Origin: a virus
IMG/VR virus record: IMGVR_UViG_3300045988_149075
Span: 1-29,489 of that record
Reading direction: 5' to 3' (one strand)
DNA length: 29,489 bases
Shown: positions 25,027 to 29,489 of the stretch, one piece after another
Layout of the letters: each line of letters opens with the position of its first letter
Position numbering within the stretch: position 1 is the first letter of the stretch
Program-made: the position numbers and the translations under genes
The notes under the pieces: generated by a model
The model's input: only the letters and a program-made list of their open reading frames with translations
Databases searched by the model: none
What the model was told of the DNA's origin: nothing

Positions 25027-25250
25027 AGCACGTCCTCCGCCTTGATAACCTCTGCATCACCAGCGGAATCTGACTCTGACACATCTCTAACGTCATAGCC
25101 CCAAATCTCGTCAAAATCGACATTTACGAGGTTTTGTTCGTCTTGTACGCATCGCTCGGCGACTTGTTTTGCTTGCTCAAGACTGTCGGCTTTAATAAAG
25201 AGCTTTCCCATTATGATCTGCTCAATTTCTGCTTCATAAATCATTATCAT
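25023..25250 (-). CDS. Small acidic protein
   Basis: 75-aa ORF. Confidence 0.45.
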   Translation of the reverse strand: MIMIYEAEIEQIIMGKLFIKADSLEQAKQVAERCVQDEQNLVNVDFDEIWGYDVRDVSESDSAGDAEVIKAEDVL

Positions 25251-25280
25251 TTTCTTTCTCTATGTCCATAAATTAGTGGT

Positions 25281-25607
25281 TTAGTTGACATCGTCTACCG
25301 AATTGGGAACAACTGTATAGCCATTGTTTGATAATATCTCCTGCATTCTCTCTAGCCGACGGCTCTTAATTATCTCAGCCTCTTCTTCCGTGATAAAGTT
25401 CTGACGAAGCTCTAAATCATTAAGTCTTACATCTTTCTGCCAATCAGTGACGATGACTTCTCGTGAGATCGTCGGCGTGCTAAATGCGTTATCATCAACA
25501 CTAACTGAAACTTTAATTGGCACTTCGCCACGCTTAAGGCTTGGTAGTGTTTTAGTCATTCTAACTACTTGATTAGCGTTAACAACTAGATAAATTACAT
25601 CTTTCAT
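25281..25607 (-). CDS. Hypothetical protein (start taken at internal ATG with strong RBS)
   Basis: The track ORF extends to a GTG at 25676 with no SD. The ATG at 25607 has AAGGAG 7 nt upstream. Confidence 0.5.
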   Translation of the reverse strand: MKDVIYLVVNANQVVRMTKTLPSLKRGEVPIKVSVSVDDNAFSTPTISREVIVTDWQKDVRLNDLELRQNFITEEEAEIIKSRRLERMQEILSNNGYTVVPNSVDDVN

Positions 25608-25981
25608 AAATATTCTCCTTGTCTTATCATTTAATTCAACCGCAGAACTGGTACTGGCAACCTGTAAGGAGGACACCGATGGCGCGCTAAGCGGCTGATT
25701 GCTCGCACCGCCCTCACGCCCCGAACACGTTACCAGGGTTGGCTATATAAGGTGATGATTTGACGAGTTTTAATTTCCTCGAATGTGAGGTAATTAGGTT
25801 TCGTAAAGTCACATCACATGGTCGCCCTTATCGCATGGTTAGTGGGTTCGTGCGCAACCTTCCCGCCACACCCTGTCAATCCAGAGGGATACAAGCGTCT
25901 ACCTATTCCGCCACTTATATAGCCAACCAGTTCTACGGTCGATGTTAATGTTCTAAACCGGGTACGATTTGTGCCTGGTTG
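25608..25981. other. GC-rich noncoding element with nested inverted repeats (candidate structured RNA, origin or recombination site)
   Basis: A 15-16 bp perfect inverted repeat GGTTGGCTATATAAGG (25738..25753) / CTTATATAGCCAACC (25914..25928) encloses ~155 bp with several GC-rich hairpins. No credible ORF. Confidence 0.5.
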
Positions 25982-26203
25982 TTACTTTCGTTTATTTCTT
26001 GATTGTTTGAGATATTTATCTTTTGAGCAAGTCAAGTATGTAATTTGACGTGGCTTTAATTCGTCTAGACGGACAACTTCACCACGATGTAGAAAATAGA
26101 CAAGTTTATTTGGGGCTATTCTTATTCGTGCAATACCATATATACCTGAAGAGCTCCATTGAATGTAATCCCAACCAAACAATTTATGCCATAGCTTCCA
26201 CAT
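25982..26203 (-). CDS. Hypothetical protein
   Basis: 73-aa ORF. Confidence 0.4.
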   Translation of the reverse strand: MWKLWHKLFGWDYIQWSSSGIYGIARIRIAPNKLVYFLHRGEVVRLDELKPRQITYLTCSKDKYLKQSRNKRK

Positions 26204-26217
26204 ACAATTCCTTCCTA

Positions 26218-26448
26218 TTACTTACGTTTGCTTATGCGACCGCCTTTTTTACCTGCGCACTTTTTTACAAAGTGAGGACCGTCGATTAGATCGCAATCGC
26301 ATTCAATGTCTTGTGCAAACCTCTTACAAGTTCCGTGACTTGCAAATGTAGCAGAGCCACCTTTTCGTCCGATTTCCGCGTAAAAGTTCGGATTACTCGA
26401 TAGGTTTTTCTGAGCGGCTTTTAAGCCACCAGCCTTTGTTCCTGACAT
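26218..26448 (-). CDS. KGG-motif (YciG/Con7-like general stress) protein
   Basis: Start at the internal ATG with AAGGAGG RBS. EIGRKGGSATF fits the KGG repeat motif. Confidence 0.5.
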   Translation of the reverse strand: MSGTKAGGLKAAQKNLSSNPNFYAEIGRKGGSATFASHGTCKRFAQDIECDCDLIDGPHFVKKCAGKKGGRISKRK

Positions 26449-26478
26449 CGTTTCCTCCTTACCTCCCGTAGGGTACAT

Positions 26479-27099
26479 TTAGCTTTTATCTGTACCTGAC
26501 GAGTTAATTCCAAAATAAATCTTCCAATCTTGCTTGTTTTCTCTGATGGACTTTTCAGCTTCTTCCTCTGTTGCGTAGCGTACAGACTCACCAGCATTTT
26601 GCCAGCCACAAGTAAGACATTCTAACCTATTATTTAAGTAGTCGTAGTAGACTATATAGCCACCTTTTCCATTCTCGAAGTCTGACTTAAATGTTGATGT
26701 TCGGCGTAATCTAACTTCGGCTAGTTCGCGGTCGCGTGCTTTTTCGCACTCTTCTTCAGTGCGGAATACTCTGCCAGTACGCCAAGCATTGTAATCACGT
26801 AACATTCCAGTATAGTTTGTTGGTCTTATATTGGCATTCTCAAGAATAAAACACCTATCGCCAATTTTAGGCTTCCAGTGAATACCGTCCGTCGGTTCTT
26901 TGATTTCCTCAAACCACTCTGTGAGAATATTTGGAAACTTTTTCAGGGTAGTTTCGTGGTAAATCATTATTATTAAGCCCGTTTCTGTGGTCTTTTGGTT
27001 TTCTGGAGTACCAGCAATAAGATTTCCCGTTTTAGAAATATATGCTAACTGTCCAGCTTTGAATGTTGGTAAATCTTTAAGTAGTTTATAACGTTTCAT
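26479..27099 (-). CDS. Hypothetical protein
   Basis: 206 aa from the internal ATG with AAAGGAG RBS. Function unknown. Confidence 0.5.
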   Translation of the reverse strand: MKRYKLLKDLPTFKAGQLAYISKTGNLIAGTPENQKTTETGLIIMIYHETTLKKFPNILTEWFEEIKEPTDGIHWKPKIGDRCFILENANIRPTNYTGMLRDYNAWRTGRVFRTEEECEKARDRELAEVRLRRTSTFKSDFENGKGGYIVYYDYLNNRLECLTCGWQNAGESVRYATEEEAEKSIRENKQDWKIYFGINSSGTDKS

Positions 27100-27325
27100 G
27101 CTTTTTCGCTCCTTTCTTAAACACACAGTATAGAAAAGTAAACGTAATCATAACCAACTCTGCTAAAAGTTCAAGAGTACTGAAAGCATATATGATATAT
27201 ACACCACCTGTAGTATCATCAGATATTTTGAACCCCCATATGAGTTCCGATAGTTTCATGGTTATAAATACGAACATCAATTCCTTCTCCTTAAAATAGC
27301 TCCAATTGCGTGGCATAAATTGCAC
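27086..27325 (-). CDS. Small membrane protein
   Basis: 79-aa ORF with hydrophobic segments. Confidence 0.4.
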   Translation of the reverse strand: MQFMPRNWSYFKEKELMFVFITMKLSELIWGFKISDDTTGGVYIIYAFSTLELLAELVMITFTFLYCVFKKGAKKHETL

Positions 27326-27479
27326 GGCTAGCTAATATCTGGTTAATTCGATGAATTGTACGCTCACTCTCGTTCAAGTCGTTTAGTGCACCCTCTTTCA
27401 TCTCTAGCAAGTCTACCGTGTCGACCTCATCTAATGCTTGATAATCATCTTCGTAATAAGGTTTTACTTCTTTTTCCAT
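27291..27479 (-). CDS. Small acidic protein
   Basis: 62-aa ORF. Confidence 0.4.
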   Translation of the reverse strand: MEKEVKPYYEDDYQALDEVDTVDLLEMKEGALNDLNESERTIHRINQILASRAIYATQLELF

Positions 27480-27751
27480 TGATTTTTCTCCTTTGCTTCT
27501 TTAATCCATTCTGCGTCTTGTTTAGCTATGTTGTACTCTGAGATAGCTACAAGAGCCAGAATAAACGCTACAAATATTATCCAAATCAGTATGTACATTC
27601 TTTTCTCTCAATATCTATAAGCCAATAACCCAAATTAATAATTTAACAATAGCCGCACCCAGCAGCGTGAACACCAACGTCGTCAAGATTACTAAAACAC
27701 CCGCTGCAAAATACTGTATTTTATCAGCAAAATCTTTATTGTTATCCATTT

Positions 27752-28048
27752 TTAATACACAATCCTCTCTCTTAAGATATAGCCCCTATCCAGTACGATT
27801 TCTATAATTTCTGCATGATGTCGTTTATGAGACTTCTTCACTAGCCGGGCGTCTCGGCGGTTTTGACAATAAATTCTCCGCATACAACCTTTACAGTCAA
27901 ACCACTGAACAAAATAAATATGACGATTAAACAATTTACTCTGAAATACGTCTTTAGTGTCAGAAAAAGAATCTTCTGGCTTAAGCAGTAGTTTTATTTT
28001 TTTCCAGATCATAAACACTTTTGTATTCCTCTCTCTCTTTAATTCCAA
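27752..28048 (-). CDS. Cys/His-rich small basic protein; candidate late-gene regulator
   Basis: 98 aa with FDCKGCMRRIYC and HKRHH. Located in the early region. Regulatory role is an inference only. Confidence 0.3.
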   Translation of the reverse strand: MELKRERNTKVFMIWKKIKLLLKPEDSFSDTKDVFQSKLFNRHIYFVQWFDCKGCMRRIYCQNRRDARLVKKSHKRHHAEIIEIVLDRGYILRERIVY

Positions 28049-28349
28049 TGCGGTACAAAATACCTTTTAGTTTCGTCGTACCGGCAAACGAATATCCGCA
28101 ATCAAAGCCATGCACTTTGTAGTGATAGAAAATTGATTGCAATAGGACCATTTCTTGCAAATCATTCTCGGCTTCATGTTCGTAAATTGTAGCCCATTTT
28201 TTGCCATTGCTATGTCTACCAACACCAACTATGGCTTTTGCATGTCCCATCAAATCAAATTCGATGACGCGCTGCTCATCTTTTACGATAGTCCTGGCTA
28301 ACATTCCAGGCACAAGATCGTCTGACCATATCGTAAATGGATCATCCAT
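27981..28349 (-). CDS. Hypothetical protein (start at internal ATG with GGAGGGG RBS)
   Basis: 122 aa from ATG 28349. The track ORF extends to 28478. Confidence 0.45.
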   Translation of the reverse strand: MDDPFTIWSDDLVPGMLARTIVKDEQRVIEFDLMGHAKAIVGVGRHSNGKKWATIYEHEAENDLQEMVLLQSIFYHYKVHGFDCGYSFAGTTKLKGILYRIGIKEREEYKSVYDLEKNKTTA

Positions 28350-28365
28350 TTTACCCCTCCGTTTC

Positions 28366-28776
28366 TTATAGATATTTGAGATATTTTCCGCTCGTATACA
28401 CTGACCACGCCTTATACCCTTGCCCTCGCCAAACGTGATAGGCACAGGCAATATTTGTAGTCGGATCATGACTATCACAGCGTTCGCGTTCAGGTAAAAT
28501 CCTTACCTGAAATAGCGAGACTGAATAACCATATGTTCGACCGTTTTGTATAAATGTCAGGCTCGTGTCGCCCGTCACATTTGGATCGCATCCGCTTTCA
28601 GCTCTCATAATCGCTAACATAGTGCGTACGTCCCAGTCGTATTTCTCAAGTAAAGGTTGAAACCTTTCGCAGCCGCCTACACGCCCTGCCTCCACAGCAG
28701 GTTTTTGAGGTGTAGGCGAGGCTTCAACCTTTGGTGCGGCTGTTTCCTTGAGCGACGGTTGCCGCTTCTCCGCCAC
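28366..28776 (-). CDS. Lytic transglycosylase (SLT domain)
   Basis: MLAIMRAESGCDP (catalytic Glu-Ser) and LFQV motifs. GTG start 1 nt past the stop of the upstream membrane-anchor ORF. Confidence 0.65.
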   Translation of the reverse strand: MAEKRQPSLKETAAPKVEASPTPQKPAVEAGRVGGCERFQPLLEKYDWDVRTMLAIMRAESGCDPNVTGDTSLTFIQNGRTYGYSVSLFQVRILPERERCDSHDPTTNIACAYHVWRGQGYKAWSVYTSGKYLKYL

Positions 28777-28964
28777 TACTGTTTTGACACTTCAACTTTG
28801 ACATTCTTGACGATTGTCGCCGCTTCAGCTTTGACTTGTTCAGTCTGGTGCTTTTGGTAATACATACCGCCAACAAAGGCGATGATCGCTGTGATCAAGA
28901 TAGTAATTATGATAGTTTTGATAGTTTCAATATTAAGTTTTTTCATTTTTTTCTCCTTTTTCAT
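28776..28964 (-). CDS. Small membrane-anchor protein (possibly the N-terminal part of the transglycosylase)
   Basis: 62 aa with a Lys-rich N-terminus and one TM helix (IIITILITAIIAFVGG). Confidence 0.45.
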   Translation of the reverse strand: MKKEKKMKKLNIETIKTIIITILITAIIAFVGGMYYQKHQTEQVKAEAATIVKNVKVEVSKQ

Positions 28965-29347
28965 TGTTTTTTAAGCAGCCAGCGGTGGACACGTTGACAT
29001 TTCGATTTCAATTACGCGAGTAAAAGTAAGACGAAAAATGTTAGTTTTTGGGTATAAAATTAACACTACATAGGTGGACACGCATCCACCGCTGACTGCT
29101 TATTTATTCTTATTAAAGCCAAAGTAACATCTACTAAGAATTTGCCTACAATCTCCCTCGCTCATCTTTTAATCATCTCCGTCAAGACTAATCCATTTTT
29201 TCTCCGGATGATTGAAAGACTTCAGCTTCTGATATCAGCTTAATCTCAATTTCGTGCTACGTTGTTAAAGTACTTTATTTCGCTCAACAGCATGTCTAAT
29301 CGCACATCAGGCATGCTCTATCAGAGAAACAAAGCAAAACAGAAAAA

Positions 29348-29380
29348 CCCGCTGGCTCTCTACTTCCAGCGGGTTTTGCT
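29348..29380 (+). terminator. Rho-independent terminator (plus strand)
   Basis: CCCGCTGG-CTCTCTACTT-CCAGCGGG followed by TTTTGCT. Confidence 0.6.
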
Positions 29381-29386
29381 ATACAA

Positions 29387-29416
29387 CAAAAAAACGTCCT
29401 GACAGCTATCAGGACG
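29387..29416 (-). terminator. Rho-independent terminator (minus strand), insulating the prophage from transcription entering via attR
   Basis: Minus-strand RNA: ACGUCCUGA-UAGCUG-UCAGGACGU followed by UUUUUUU. Confidence 0.6.
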
Positions 29417-29440
29417 TTTACCAGAAACTTATTTCAATCG

Positions 29441-29489
29441 TAGGAACTTGGTGAGGTGCGCCTCCCCATAACTACGACTGTCCACCACA
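29441..29489. repeat. attR: 49-bp direct repeat identical to 1..49
   Basis: Exact identity with the first 49 nt of the window. Confidence 0.85.

Noticed and set aside
25606-25632. 8-codon mini-ORF (MIRQGEYL) overlapping the RBS of gene 25281..25607
   Set aside because: No ribosome-binding site of its own. It simply overlaps the SD/start region of the real gene.
25837-25872. tRNA-like T-arm (GGGTT-CGTGCGC-AACCT) followed by CGCCACACC
   Set aside because: The loop does not match the T-loop consensus. No acceptor, D or anticodon arms could be built and there is no CCA end. Treated as part of the larger structured element.
26421-26609. 62-aa ORF overlapping the KGG gene and the 206-aa gene
   Set aside because: Overlaps two better-supported ORFs with good RBSs in other frames. 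No RBS of its own.
29219-29246. 10-bp palindrome CTGATATCAG near attR
   Set aside because: Short palindrome with no flanking symmetry. Likely chance in AT-rich sequence.
1-29489. CRISPR arrays, tRNA or rRNA genes, transposase or IS elements
   Set aside because: No regularly spaced direct repeats, no tRNA cloverleaf and no transposase-like ORF could be found. The only mobile-element machinery is the prophage integrase and the HNH gene.

Overview
The whole window is one integrated siphovirus-like prophage of roughly 29.4 kb from a low-GC Gram-positive host (AGGAGG-type ribosome-binding sites, AT-rich intergenic regions). It is delimited by identical 49-bp direct repeats at 1..49 and 29441..29489, which I read as attL and attR. 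Nearly all genes lie on the minus strand. Read on that strand, the order is: an early region with RusA, YopX, a KGG-motif protein and a lytic transglycosylase; a terminase large subunit preceded by a candidate small subunit with a lysine-rich tail; neck and connector genes; portal, scaffold and major capsid; major tail protein; tail chaperones G/GT with a CCCAAAA -1 frameshift; tape measure; Dit; Tal; three small paralogous baseplate proteins; a receptor-binding protein; an XhlA-like protein, CHAP endolysin and holin; a set of small accessory genes with their own sigma-70-type promoters; and finally a tyrosine integrase next to attL. No CI/Cro switch and no replication module could be recognised. 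Four features stand out. (1) Four copies of a late promoter cassette (extended -10 TGATATAAT plus a conserved ~30-nt leader; three copies carry a terminator-like hairpin and U-tract directly abutting the start codon), which suggests antitermination-controlled late transcription. (2) Three plus-strand genes wedged antisense into the minus-strand operons: a PD-(D/E)xK nuclease resembling the HsdR N-terminal domain, with its own consensus promoter and a divergent 94-aa partner, sitting between GT and the tape measure; an H-type lectin gene; and an HNH endonuclease. (3) Accessory cassettes driven by perfect TTGCAT-17-TATAAT promoters, sharing a DnaA-box-like 12-mer and conserved 5'UTR elements, flanked by inverted repeats. 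(4) A ~370-bp GC-rich, heavily self-complementary noncoding element in the early region.
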